DNA of 64,000 bases from Schmidtea polychroa (Eukaryota): the NCBI GenBank assembly GCA_044892525.1, contig CM097885.1, positions 53,136,001 through 53,200,000 on the forward strand, given 5' to 3'. Position 1 is the stretch's first letter, and each line of letters begins with the position of its first letter. The position numbers and the translations under genes were made by a program. The notes below the pieces were generated by a model that was given only the letters and a program-made list of their open reading frames with translations, ran no database searches and was not told where the DNA came from. Shown piece by piece: positions 1 through 13,999 of the stretch.

Positions 1-3000
1 AAGTGGCAGCACGGGTAAACCAAAAGGTGTGGTACATTCTACTGGTGGTTATATGATTTATTGTTCAATGACGTACAAGTATGTGTTTGATCACAAAGAC
101 GATGACGTCTATTGGTGCACAGCCGACATCGGTTGGATAACAGGTAAATAATCTATTTTTTTCCGCAACTAATTCATTGATAAAATTCTTGAGCTTATTC
201 ATCATACACCTAACCGCGAAATATAACATTATCTATAATCTAAAAAAAAAATCAATAAATATATATTATAGGAACACACAAACTTACCTGTGTGTAGAAA
301 TTTAATGCCGCGAAATTTAACATATTTATTATAGGATTCTAAAAAGTGAGAGAAAATAATTAAGCATACAAACACAGCATACATAATGAAAAATACATAC
401 AAAATTAAGTAAAGTGTTTTTCATGCGAAATTCAGATTGATTAACATATAATTAACATATCAATATTTTAAAATTATTTAAAAAAATTATGTACAAAAAA
501 ACTTTTGAATCAGATTCCGACTGCTCTACGTTGAGCTTTAGGGAAAAAGAAGTAAATACATCGTAAGATTTAATTATAAAATAATTTAGAATATAAAATT
601 TCTTTAGATTTACAGATATTGAAGAAGATCCTTCGACATCTTTGAATTTGCAGGAAAAACATCGCAAATCGTAAATTTTAATAAATTAAATCATAGAATT
701 ACAGAAATAGACAAAATTCGAAAGAAGATTACAAAAACTTAAAAAATATTTTATCCATTCTTTACTAAATGTCTTTAAAAAATAAATGTTTAGTGATTAC
801 TTTACATATTTATAATTATAAAAATATCTAACTTACATTTTTACGAAATAAATCCAAATAAATCCAAATAAAATACCATAAAATTCCTAAAAAAACACCT
901 GAAATTTAATTATCAATGTTATATATTATCAATATTATAAATGCTGACTAACAGTAATATTTAAGAACTTGAATAATGATCTCATAATTATATAAAATCA
1001 AAATTCAAGTCCTAAAAATTACTTCAATGCAAAAACTTACCTTTAAACGATTTTTGGAAAATTGAATAAATGAAATTAAGTTAACATTGTCATATAATTG
1101 GTGACTCACCTCAGGTGGTGTGCACACCAACTTATATTATAGACAATGTTAACTTTCGCGGTTAGGTGTAGCAATGAATAATTTTGCTAATTTAACTGCA
1201 TTTTGTCAAGACTTGTTATGATTAATTATTGATATTTTCTGTATATGTTGATATTACATTCAAAATTTTCTTTATTTTTGTGAATCTATTTATATATATA
1301 TATATATGATAACAAATTGGCAGTAGATCATATTGTTACTCTGTTAAATTATTTGAAGAAGTTATAATAAACCCAATAAAATTCTTTATTTCGAAAATAA
1401 AATTTCGAGACTGATTATTACAGAGTTTTCTTCAATTGTGGATATAAAATCGTAAAATAAAAAATGTAATCGATTGCAATTGGATGAATATCCAGATAAA
1501 AAACACAATTAGTTGAAGATAGTCAACAACAGAAACCACACTAATATTGAATATTCTTTTATGATTTATTTTCATTTAATTAATAAATGTTTCAATAGTG
1601 AAATGATAAAAATAACCGATATTTTATAAAAAATATATAAATAGCGAGGAATCGCAAAAAACTATGGTAACTAGATGGACTGTAATTATGAAATGATTAA
1701 TAAACATTAACTCCATAACAAATATGATATCTAAAAAATGAAGTTAGCAATACTTAATAACGATTACAATAAATATTTTCGTCCAAAACTTCTGACTTTG
1801 CTCCTGGTCACTTTTTAACTGTTGGTCTTCGAATTGTTAACTATAAGCATTTTAAAAGGTTATGGATAATTCAACTTATGTATAAAAAAAGAATATGTAC
1901 TACATAACAAACTATTTTGGAATATGACGAAATTAGTTATAAATATGCTTCTAGGGGAACAAACATTTTTAGTAAAATTACAGAAAATTGGAGAAAAAGA
2001 AAGTTTCAAAACTCTCAGAAAGTATGCTGAATGCATCAAAAGAAAAACTCTAAATTATTTGTTCCGTGAACTTATTAGACTTCAGTGAAATCAGATAAAG
2101 TATATTAACCGCTAGCATTACGAAAATAACCCATGTTTCATCATTCATTTATTAGATGTCAAAATTAAAATATTTTGATATAAAGGTACTATTGTCATAT
2201 TTTTGAATGAATTTTTAAGATAGTTAATTTACATAAATATTAAAAAATTGTTTGAAAACTAATTGAATTATTTGCAATATTCTATATAAACAAAGAGCTA
2301 GTGTGTTACAATTATTTTTATGAACTGTATTTTAAGAAAAATTATTTTTATTTTCATTTTGACATAAATCAAATGTTCTATAATATTTTTTCGATTTGCC
2401 TTATAACTTTATAATAAATGCGTGAATATGCTCCCTTTTTATTTACTGGATTTAGTACAATATGCAACTTCAAGTCATTTTTCTTACATTGTTTACATCT
2501 GATCTGTTGCGACCAATTCCGGAAATTATATGTATTTTCTAAAAAAATTTAATTAACATAAAAATGAAATGAAGAGTAAAATTAAATGATCTTATGTGTA
2601 TCACACTAGCAAAAATATGCATAATATAGGTCTGGGGTGTCCAACCTTTTTGCGTTGGGGGCCATATTTCAAAAATTTAAAAGGTCGGGGGGCCACATGT
2701 AAATATGGGTAGTTGACCGCATCAGAAAATATGATCGTAATTTAGTATGAATATTACTATTATACTTAATAAATAAACCGCAATACAATAGTATTATTTT
2801 TTAGCATAATTTTAATTAAAAATAATAAATAATAAAAGATAAATAAAAGATATTATGGCCAATCTTTTACTTTTACAGTCTGAGGCATGCCTTAACAAAT
2901 TCACTATCGGAAAAGCTTAGCTATAGCTTAGCTATAGCTTCAGCTATTAAAAACTTATTTTGGTTGAAGCCTCAGACTTGTTGCTGACTGCTGTCCGAAG

Positions 3001-6000
3001 ACGCTCTGTTTCAACGAGTTCATGCGATCAATTCGAAGTTGACCAGTCAGGCTGTTGTACCTGTCACCATGCTTTATTGAAAAATATCGCTTAACATTGT
3101 ATTCCTTTGTAACGACAATTGTTTCTTGGCATATTAGGCACATTATCCTACCGAAGCGTTCCATTACAAAATAGTCTACAGTCCAAGATGCTTTGAAAGT
3201 CTTCCTTCTGTGTTAATTTTTCGTTTTTTGCTAGTATTCATATTCGCCGCCATTTTTCTCTGTGAAATAAAAATACATATCAGTTAAAAATTGATTAATT
3301 TATATTTTATAACAGCAATATCTTAGTATTAGTAAGCAAGTTGAGCAATACGCATTTCTTTGAAAAAACTACCTGACTGATTCCAGTTCGTGCAGCAGCA
3401 GCAGAGAAACGGCTCCTTTTTTCTATCCACAGTGTGAAACAGTTAATTCCGCTTGCGGAAGTGTTATAAATGTGATCGTAATGGCGCCGCTGTAGCACAA
3501 ATATATTACCCCTTCACACCAAAATTTTCACATGAAGGCTAGCAAAATAAATCGAATTGTTTACCACGCGAAAATAGCCATTCGGACACCTTCACGCTTC
3601 ACACGCACTTGAAATACACCACAGTGTCTTATATCGCCGTTTGTAATGATTAAAAAATAACGAAAAACGTGGAGTGACAAATATTTTTGGGATAACGTTG
3701 CGGGCCACATAGAAGACCTAGGCGGGCCGGGTTGTGGCCCGCGGCCCACGTGTTGGACACCCCTGATCTAGGTTATACTGAAGTAAATGAAAAACTATTA
3801 TTCGCAAAATAACCAACCCAAAGTGCTTAAATTATTTGAAATAGCTTTATCTCACTTAAATCATCTACATGAAATCCTGACTACATAAGTTTTGATTTTT
3901 TTAAACTTATTGATTTTAATGTGAAAACTATTTTTCTATCGGTGAAACTCAATTTAAAAATATAATAATCAAACAATGCAGAGCAAACCAATGTTTGGCT
4001 AACTTGTTAGTCGAAACTACATAATGTCAAAATAGATTATGGTGAAATAGTTCAATTTTATCATTATCCAAAATGTTTGTATTTTGAATGTATTTTTAGG
4101 TCATAGCTATGTCCTCTATGGCCCAATGACACTAGGTGCTACTGGAATAATATTTGAGGGAATTCCAACTTATCCTGACGCTGGACGTCTTTGGCAAATT
4201 ATAGAAAAATATGCTGTAACCAAATTTTATACAGCACCTACTGTTATCCGATCTCTCATGAAATGTGGTGATAGTTATGTATTGAAATATCAACGAGATT
4301 CTCTCAAAATTTTGGGTACTGTTGGTGAACCTATTAATCCTCGCACGTGGCTTTGGTATTATGATATAGTTGGTGAGGCTCGTTGTCCAATAGTCGATAC
4401 GTTTTGGCAAACTGAAACCGGGGGACATGTAATTACTCCTATTCCTGGTTGTACATCTTTAAAACCAGGATCGGCTACTCTTCCATTTTTTGGAGTAGAA
4501 ACCGCTCTTGTTGATGAAAATGGAAAAGAAATCATTGGGCCTGGTGAAGGTTATCTTGTATTTAAAAGACCATGGCCTGGAATTATGCGAACTCTTTACA
4601 ATAATCACGAAAGATATGAAGATACTTATTTCAAAAGATTTCCTGGATATTATACAACTGGCGATGGAGCTACTCGGGATGCTAATGGATATTATACAAT
4701 TACGGGTCAGTTTTATAATTAAATTAAAAATTTCCAGATTTCATAAATAATTTTTTTATTCTGTGCCTTTATGCTTTAAAATGTATTAATTTACAGTGTT
4801 TTTGGTAAAAAATAAGATTTTAATAATAATTGTTTATTGAATTTAACCCTTAGAGGACCGCGAGTGTCTATCGTACTCATTTTAATACTTGTAGCTTACC
4901 AGTTTGTATGGAATACTCCAATAAAACTATCCTATATACTAAATATATAATGTAATAATTTAAATGAAAAGAAATTGAATCAAAAATTTAAAAAAGTTAG
5001 AATAAAAACTATTTCCCTACTGTTCTATTCATATAAGTGTCTGTTTGACACTTCCGATCTTTAGCGTTATTTTTTTCTGGTCTTATAAGAGTTATTGATT
5101 ATGAGGAAGTTGATAGATTCTTAAAGATTTAATTAGAAATTTTGTTAAATTTAAAAAAATATTTTTATTGAAAAATATTTTAAAAGGAAAATTGAAATTT
5201 GTTTAAATAACAAAAATAAGAAAGACAAGTTTTTTAGTGTAAAATTTATTGAATAAAATTTATGGAATTATTTAGTGATTTGCAAAAAGATATTAATTTT
5301 GTAACGGATGAGAATCCTAATATTGATATAATAAATTTCAATTAAATCTTCACTGAGAACTTTCTTCATTGTAGAGCAAAAAAAGTTTTTGTTTAATTAG
5401 TTTTATTTGAGCATTTTGAAGTTTATACAAATTTTAAATCTATTGAATGTTTTATTAACCACTTGCCGGGCGCGCGCTCAAATATGAGTGCAAAAAATGT
5501 GTACCATTTCGGGCGAGCGCTCACATGTGAGCGCAAACTCATATAGAAAAAATTAGTGAATTCAAACTCGGAAAATTAAAACAAATATATTTACGTTATA
5601 TTTTGATTATATACTATTAATTAATGATTTTAAAAAAATAGTTTTTTTTTGACCGAAAACGTGAAAAAAAAATCGCCCGGCAAGTGGTTAAATAACAAAA
5701 ATTATTTCTCTATTATAAGACATTTTTATTATATTTCGACGTTTTTATTTTTTAATTTTCTATTGTTTATATTTTTAAGAAAATTTATCATGTCAAAATA
5801 GATTATGGTGAAATAGTTCAATTTTATCATTATCCAAAATGTATATATTACATAATATTCAAAAATATATACACACAAAAAAAATTTACTTTATATATCA
5901 TTTCCATAATGCTGTAAGAGAGTTGAGCAAGCATTTTAATTGAAAAGTTACATAGTCTTTTATAGTAAAAAGGCGGAATATTTTCTACATAATTAATTCA

Positions 6001-8185
6001 ACACAAAGTTATTCCTTTAATATTGTTTATAATATATAATAATAATAAAATGAATATGGCAATGATTTAATTATAAGAAATCGCCACTCAAACACATTTC
6101 GCAATTTATTTCGACAGTTTCACTGTCATCGTCATGTAGGATAGAAAAAGCTACAGATATTATGGATATCTATTAATCAAATTAGAAAGTTATTATTATA
6201 TATTTTTAATTTAATATTTAAATAACATTTTTAAAATTTTATAATCGTAATTTTTCATAATTTCTCTTACATGCCGAATTAAAAATATTTTTTTTGCTAA
6301 ATTTTGAAAGTTTTTAAAGTTGATTGAATCCAAATTATAAAATATAGAAAAATCTTAGCAATGCCAATCTTTGAAAATATGATTACTCTGCAAATCATGT
6401 TGTTCTTATGTTTGCCAAACCTTGTATTTGATCATTCACATTAAAATATTTAACAAGTTTTAAATATTCTTTTCTGACAATTTGTTATAAGCATATTTTT
6501 AATTTTTTATATGAATTGGATTTGCATCATTTTTTATCTCGAAATTCGAATTTCAAGTGCTGTCGTTATAATGTCACGCCATAAGTATAGTAACTCATAC
6601 TGCAATTTTTGATACCACAATAGTGCACTTATCATATTACTGTTTATTTGTAATAAAGTCCTACATGAATATTAATTGTATTTATCTAAAATTTCTATTA
6701 TTGACAGTTTTCTATAATTAAATTTATTTAATTGTCTAATACAGTAGTTCCTACAGTGGTAGTCCGTGGAACAGTCAAAGATTAATTAATAACCATTTAG
6801 TGCGCTGTGTTTCATTTAATGATAACAATCATTAGAGTCATGTCATTATATCAGCGGTTAATTTATTAACAATAACCTAAAGAACTGAGTAATTATTTTT
6901 GAGTTTTCTCATTAATTTTGTACATTTCAACAGCACATATAAAAAAATTTTTAAATTTTTAAAATCTCACCATAAATAATCTGAAAATAAAGAAGATTTA
7001 AAAAATCGGATAAATTAATTATAAGTCTTTTTTTAAAGTAAAATTCTAATTTTGTGAAGTTTATCTTCAATTGTGTAGTGTCAGCATCTAATTAATGATT
7101 GCCTTAATCTTCTATTGCTAATCTCTCCAGCCGTCAATAACCCAACAACCAAATTTATTATTCCTCTTCTATTACTCCTGTTTTCTATCTATGAATAATA
7201 ATAATCGTTTTAGAAACTAAACTTATGTTTACAAAAAAGATAAAATCTCGTGATAAAGAAATCATAAGAACGTAAAACACTATTTATTAGAAAATTTTAA
7301 AACACAAAAATTGTTGTAAAGCTTTTGAACTGAATTAAAATTTACATTTTTAAACATAGTAAAATGTTTAAAAATTTCATTTAATCTATCTAATTTTAAT
7401 TTTCCTTGTGTTCAATTGATATTCTTTTTTTCACTTATTCTATATCCATATTATTTGGACTTTTCCCCATTCTAATATTTTATTTCGTTTATATATCTAG
7501 AACTTTCCACTCAACATTGTCCCGCTGGCCATACTTCCAGATTGAATTTTTTCGCTTTATAGTTCGAATAGCTACATAGGGTTTTGCTACTATGTTGAGC
7601 CTTTTCCATAATATTTTTTAATGAAATTGTTTGTATTTTGTTACGTTATTTAAAAATTTTATATTTTTAAAATTTAAAAACCGTGTATAAATCAAAGGAT
7701 TGATGTAATTATACATTTGCGGGTTTCATATAGGCCGAATAGATGATATGCTGAATGTTTCCGGCCATTTAATAAGTACTGCGCAAGTAGAATCGGCTCT
7801 CGTAAGTCATCCGAAAATTGTTGAAGCAGCTGCTGTGCCAGTGCCGCATGAAGTCAAAGGAGAATGTTGCTTTTGTTTTGTTACACTTGCTGACAATTTT
7901 ACATTCGATGAAAATCTTAGAATTGAATTAGCAGACAATGTAAGAACGAAAATCGGTGCATTTGCTGTTCCAGATTACATTCAAGTATAAAGTTTATTTA
8001 AATTCGATTTTTTCTGAAAAGGTTTGAAGGATGTTCCGGCTCTACCGAAAACTCGAAGCGGTAAAATTATGAGACGAATTTTGCGAAAAATAGCAAATAA
8101 TGAATCGAATTTCGGCGATACATCGACTTTGGCTGATCCAACTGTAATAGATGCGATTCTTAATATCAAAAAAATAAATATGTGA
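1..8185 (+). CDS. ACSS2: Acetyl-CoA synthetase (AMP-forming), 3' part; exons <1-143, 4100-4705, 7734-7984, 8030-8185
   Basis: Joined translation gives SGSTGKPKG (AMP-binding motif), [37 protein letters not shown] and [12 protein letters not shown]. All introns are GT-AG and in phase; stop TGA at 8183-8185. The ACSS2 versus ACSS1 subtype is a judgement. Confidence 0.95.
205..1170. mobile_element. Non-autonomous TIR DNA transposon in ACS intron (Tc1/mariner-like ends)
   Basis: About 35-bp imperfect inverted repeat TACACCTAACCGCGAAA..ATAAT at 205-239 and 1136-1170; the terminal TA may be the TSD; no ORF. Confidence 0.65.
2632..3765 (-). mobile_element. Internally deleted hAT (Charlie/SPIN-like) DNA transposon with a transposase N-terminal zinc-finger remnant (about 2955-3240)
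   Basis: TIRs C(T/A)GGGGTGTCCAAC (13/14) and 8-bp TSD ATATAGGT/ATCTAGGT. The minus-strand peptide [22 protein letters not shown] resembles the GTF2IRD2/Charlie transposase N-terminus. Confidence 0.85.
4847..5091. mobile_element. Degenerate piggyBac-type MITE
   Basis: TTAA|CCCTTAGAGGACC ... GGTCTTATAAGAG|TTAT; TIR about 10/13. Confidence 0.4.
5459..5687. mobile_element. piggyBac-type MITE (229 bp)
   Basis: Perfect 14-bp TIR CCACTTGCCGGGCG with TTAA on both sides. Confidence 0.85.
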
Positions 8186-8994
8186 AAATTGTTTCTCGAA
8201 TCAAATTAAAATTTAGGTTGTGTCATAAAATGGTTGTGTTAGAATTAGTTTTTAACTTTTTTTCAGTACCGTAGTTAAATAATTTTAAATTTATTTTTAG
8301 AAATTTTATTTTATTTGACATTATTTGTGTAGTAGAGTGAAAGAAACTTAAATTTCTATTTGATATTTAGTATAAGTTAATAAATGTTTTTTACGAAATT
8401 AATTTTTTTATAATAGGATTAAAAACTATTTGGGAATATTTTCTTTTTTTGGAGCACCGAAAATTTTTAATTAATAAAATAGAAAACTATAAATGATCGA
8501 TATTATGTTCAGTTTTTGATTAGATAATTGTTAACGTCGGTGTTTCGGACTCCATGTGTTCTGTAAAAACAATTTAGATAAACAACACTCAACGTATATT
8601 TGTAATCAAATTCGTATAATCTACAATTTGGAAAACTCCAAATCTCGCAATAAAATACCTATTCCGACTATTCAATAATTCTAGTAACCGCTTCGGTTCT
8701 GCACGTTCTGCAACAATAATTATCTCTTTTCTTTACTACTTTGACTTATTTTGATTCTTTTATTTTCCTTTCCGCAATTTTTTCTTCTGACTTTAATTTT
8801 TCCTTTAATCTTACTGTTGATTTCTTTTCTTCCTGAGGCAAAAATTCAGATTGTTTCTGAATTTGAGTTCCCTTATATAGTTGAAATAATCGCATTGATT
8901 AATGGAGTTTCAACAATATCGTCTCCCATTGACAAGCAAACAAATTTAAATATTCGAATTAGTCCACATTTTTTTGCAATACCCCAATTAATAT

Positions 8995-9250
8995 TGTTGG
9001 TTACTTAGGGGTGTGTCATCTTTCCATTTTAAATACGTTAGGGGTCATTTAGATATTTACTCAGCTCTTTCCTAAGCGCCTCCATGACGATTGCAATTTA
9101 AACCATTTGTGTAGCCATGGCGACGACCATGTTGGTACTGTAAACAAAGGTGAAAAAATAATGAGCATGTGAGCTCTATTGCTAAAACCACTCCCCATTG
9201 TATTTTCTTTTCGGGTTCTTGACCGCCGATAGAAGGTCTTACGTCATTAG
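8995..9250 (-). mobile_element. 3' end (U5 block) of an old LTR related to the giant-element LTR family
   Basis: Reverse complement aligns to 51130-51377 (e.g. CCATGGCGACGACCATGTTGGTA) and to 19140-19395. It ends in CCAACA (TGTTGG at 8995-9000) and is followed on the minus strand by a degenerate TGGGG PBS-like sequence. Confidence 0.7.
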
Positions 9251-11019
9251 TCATTTTCTATTTTATTCAGCTATGGTCCTCATTTCTGGATGTTTTCTAT
9301 TGTTCCTTTTCAAAGTTTTGTGCAGGGATGCGCCCTTATTTTTCTGTTAAAAATCATGGTGTTTCTATAATATTTGTCGATAATTTATTTCCCAGTCGAT
9401 AAATATCGTTCTATATTTTCGGCCGTTCTTGTGAAAAATGTAACTTGATTTTCCAAAAAAATTGAGTAGGGGTCTGCCCTTATTCCCAAATTAATCAACA
9501 TGTTTCTATACTTCTCATAAAATTTTGAGCAGGGATCTGCCTGTATTTCTAATCCAGAACTATCGGATATCTTAACCATTTGTGGTTTCTATAAAATTGA
9601 CTAAACTTACCTTATCTACCGACAACTGGACCTAACTATCCTATTATTACTTCTAATTCAGTGATATCTATGAAAATAAAGGTGACTGCGCATTCTATAC
9701 GATCTAAATTTAAACCAGGCCCTAAACTATCTTAAATTGACTTTACTCTGTCCAATCGTTCATATCCCTATCTATATACTCTAACCCAATGGACCTAACT
9801 GGCGAAACATCTGTCGACCAACAGCACGTGGTGCCGTCCATCCACAATCCTTCTTCCAATCTAGAGCATCGGATACATAAATATCATGAAAAACCAACCC
9901 CATTATAATATTATTCGAAAAATAAAAATAGAATAAACAAAACACAAGAATTAATTAAAACAAATTCAATTAAAAATTTTATTTAATCCTGAAAATTACA
10001 TTTTTCATCATATAAATTTATCATTAATAAAATCAAACTCATCTTACCCAACTCTTATTAGAATATTATTCAAAATTAAAAATCAAATAAGCAAACACTA
10101 AATTAGCCAAACAAATTCAAAAACAGATTTTACTAAATCCTGAAAATTACATGTTACTTCATATAATTTTATCGTTCATATAAAATTAACAAAATCAAAT
10201 TCACCTTACCGCGCATGCATAAACCGACAATCGAGAGCTCCGAGATTTGGTTTGTTTATTGCAGCGATTTTCAGTTAACTAGTTCTTAAACTGAAATTTC
10301 ACTCAGTATTTATACTGATTGAATTATACGCCTACGCATTCTCTGCTACTATATCCAATTAGATATTGAGACAATTCTGATTAATTTTTGCATGCAATCA
10401 TGAATGTGTGCAATGATTTATTTTTTAATTTAATTAATTTAATTAATCAAAATTCTAATTTTTAATTATTTTTAAGATTTATTTTTATAAATTCTATAAT
10501 TTAATAGTTTTTGCTAATTTTAATTTAGTTTTACAAGTTTTATAATTTAAATAAGTTTAGTTAGTTTTATTTTAGTTTCATTGATTTAAACAATTTGGTT
10601 TTATAAATTTTATAATTTATCTAATTTTATTACTTTTATTCTTAAATTTTATATTATTAATTAATTTATTACCCATTATTTTATTTATTATTATTTTATT
10701 TTTTAGTTGTTAGATATTCTGAATGCGATATTTCTCCTAATTGTGTTAGTGATCGCGACCTTTTTTGCGTTCCTTTATTTTACTAGGTCTTATTTACTGG
10801 GTCTTATTTATCAATGCGTTATATATCTTAATTTGTATTAATTGGTGTCTTAATTTAACTTGGTGAGATTATATATTTTTGATTCATTAAAACAAGCTCT
10901 CAATTCTTGGTTCTAGCCCAAAAATATTCTCGCTACATCATTTACACGACGCTGGAAGTAAGTGAGTAGTAGCCCACTACCGCATTTACCCCCCCCCCCC
11001 CGGTAAAATACAGTAAATT

Positions 11020-11570
11020 ATAGGCCCAGAATTTTGAATTAAAGTAAATGATGGTCTAAAATTTAAAATTTAAGTAAATTATGGTCTAAAATTTTAAATT
11101 TTTTAATTGAAATTTTTAATGGAATAATTTTTTTAGTCAATTTTAAATGGAAATTTTTATTAAATTAATTTCAAAGTCAATTTAAGATGAAAGTTTTTAT
11201 GAAATATTTTTCAATGTTAATTTTAGATTCAAATCTCTGTCAATTAATCATTAACTACATGAAATTATTGGTTAAATATGTAAATAAGGGTTATATTCGA
11301 TTGTTAAGTAAATTATGTTGTAAAATGCTAGATTAAGTAATAGATGGATAAATAGGTAAATAAAGGATAAATAAGTAAATTAAAGTAATATTTGGTAAAC
11401 AAAGGTTAAATTAAGTAAATAAATGGTTAAATTAAAATAAATTAAGATCCAAATTTTTTAATTAAGTAATCAATGGTCTAAAAAACTAAATTAAAGTTAT
11501 ATAAGTAAATTAAAGTAATAATTTTTAAAGAAGTAAATTAAAGTAATGTAATAAGTAAATTAAAGTAAGA
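11020..11570. repeat. Low-complexity array of AAGTAAAT-type motifs following a poly-C tract
   Basis: Many TAAGTAAATT variants; C-run at about 10989-11001. Confidence 0.55.
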
Positions 11571-11857
11571 TTTTTAAATTTATTACCAAAAGATTGAATA
11601 ACCACAAAAAAATTTTTTGAGAATTGTAATTTTTTAATGGAAATTTTAATGGAATAATTTTTTAAGATAAATTTAGATGTAAATTTCAATGATAATAATA
11701 ATAATAATAATAATAATAATAGTAATAATAAAGTATAAAATGATGATTGCTTGGTAGCAGCATTTATTATTTAAAACAATAAAATGATAATTTAAGCCTT
11801 TTGCTGCAAATAATGTATTTAATGAAAGAATTTTCGACTATACGATAGTCCTTGTCA

Positions 11858-11859
<2 letters not shown>

Positions 11860-11956
<97 letters not shown>

Positions 11957-11972
11957 GTAATATTAATAATAA
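11860..11972. repeat. (AAT)n microsatellite
   Basis: Read directly; a shorter tract lies at about 11693-11730. Confidence 0.95.
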
Positions 11973-11984
11973 TTCAACAATCAG

Positions 11985-13325
11985 ATACCGACAACTACTA
12001 GGTAATTACAACTAGATACCAAGTACTTACAACCAGTTACCTAGTACCATGTACTAACAACCAAGTAAAAACAAACAAGTACTAACAACCATATACCTAC
12101 ACATAAAATAATAACAATTAAAGACTTAATAAAATTTTGCATCAGGTATTTGCTTATAATAAGGTCTTCTTAATTCAGCAAATAGATTATTTCTTATATT
12201 CTTGTCAAAATTTAAAAAGTCAATCAGATATTTACAACAAACAGCTAATCACTAGATACCTAACAACTAGGTACTATCTAGGCACTATTTACAATCTATT
12301 AAATATTTTTTACCAGGTGCTAATATATAAGTACAAAATACTTACAACATGATACCAAGTAATTACAACCAGTTACCTAGTACTTACAACTATATACCAA
12401 GTCCTAACTAACTCTCAAACAATTAGATACTTACAACTAACTACTTACAATCAACTAAATATTCTTCATTGTATTTTATCAACTGCTTTTTAAATTAATT
12501 CTTTTATTCGTGTTGAAAAATATTTTTAATTACAATCAGTAGAAAAACCATTTCTAAATGTCTAAATTTAACAAAAATGTTGATTTTCATCAAAAAAATG
12601 AATAATTATCAAACACTTTAAAATAACACATGGAATTGAGGATAATTTAAATTACAATGAAAGACTATAGAATTCTAATTCTAATTTACAAAACATTCTT
12701 CTTTTAATTGATTACTACTGACTTATTATTGCAAAGTAAAAATTTCATTCAATAAATAGTTATTGTTGATTCGTGTTATTACATATATAGTCAGAGTTTA
12801 TCCGACAGGATGTTTTGACCCTCTATAGGTATTGCTCACGAGTGTACTGCTCACATTCAACATCTCGCAAGGGTATTGGTCACACTCAACCCCCCTACTT
12901 AACTAGCTACCATGTACTAACAACTAGGTCTCAAACAACTAAATACTAAACACTTACAACTATGTACTAACAACCAAAAATCCCATCGAGAAATTAACAA
13001 ATATTAATCTACAACTATATAACAACAATCAGTTAACAACACCGTACCAACTACCAAGTACAAGATACTAACAACTTAGTATCATCAACCAGTAACTTAT
13101 GAACACGTATTTACAACCAGATACCTACAACTAGATACTAACAACCAGATACCTGCTACCAAGTACTTACAACTAGATACCAATTACTTATAACCAACTA
13201 GCAACACATAAAAAATAATAACAATTAAATACAAAATATTCTTCAACACATACACTATCTTCTTGTCAAAATCTAAAAAGTCAACCGGATACCAAGTACT
13301 TACAACCAACAACTATGTACTAACA
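11985..13325. repeat. Degenerate minisatellite of TACTTACAAC/TAGATACC motifs with internal duplications
   Basis: Recurrent TACTTACAAC, TACTAACAAC and AGATACCAAG; the block TCTTGTCAAAAT(T/C)TAAAAAGTCAA occurs at about 12199 and 13261. Confidence 0.65.
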
Positions 13326-13999
13326 AATTGATCTTTAACAGAAAATCCTCTTCACTTGATAAAAATGGATGAAAAATTTATTGAATTCATGGCACCAATA
13401 ACTAGGTAAAAATTGCATAAATCAATGTAAAATTTAAATTATTCAAAACATACTAAATAAATATCATAAAAATGTAATTAATTGACAAGAAAGAACTTTT
13501 AATTCTAGTCATTAATAATTCAGTAAATAAAAAAAATACTGATCATTCAAGTTAATATGAATCAACTAAGATAATAAATTAATAAGAATTTTGAAATAAA
13601 ATCTAGTAGATAATTGATTTAGATTAAATAAATTAATTGAAATAAATTAATTTTAATTGTTTTTTTAAAAGTAATACATGTATACTCAAACTGATTGACT
13701 GATTGCTCAAAAAATTCAAAAAATTCAGTATAAATTCTGCTATATTTTTAAAAAAAACACAAAATTTCTCTTATTATAACAATCTCTATTTTTAGCTCAG
13801 AGGATACTTTTGCAAGCATGAGTTAATATTTGAATAGGGAATATTCGTACACAAGCATTCAATAAATATTTTATACTTGAATTTTCAATCATTCTTAAAT
13901 ATATTTAATTAATTATTTTAATTTATAATTTTATTACCTACTTTGATTATATTATTTAAATCTATTTAAATCTGGAAATTAAATACTAATTCAATTTAA

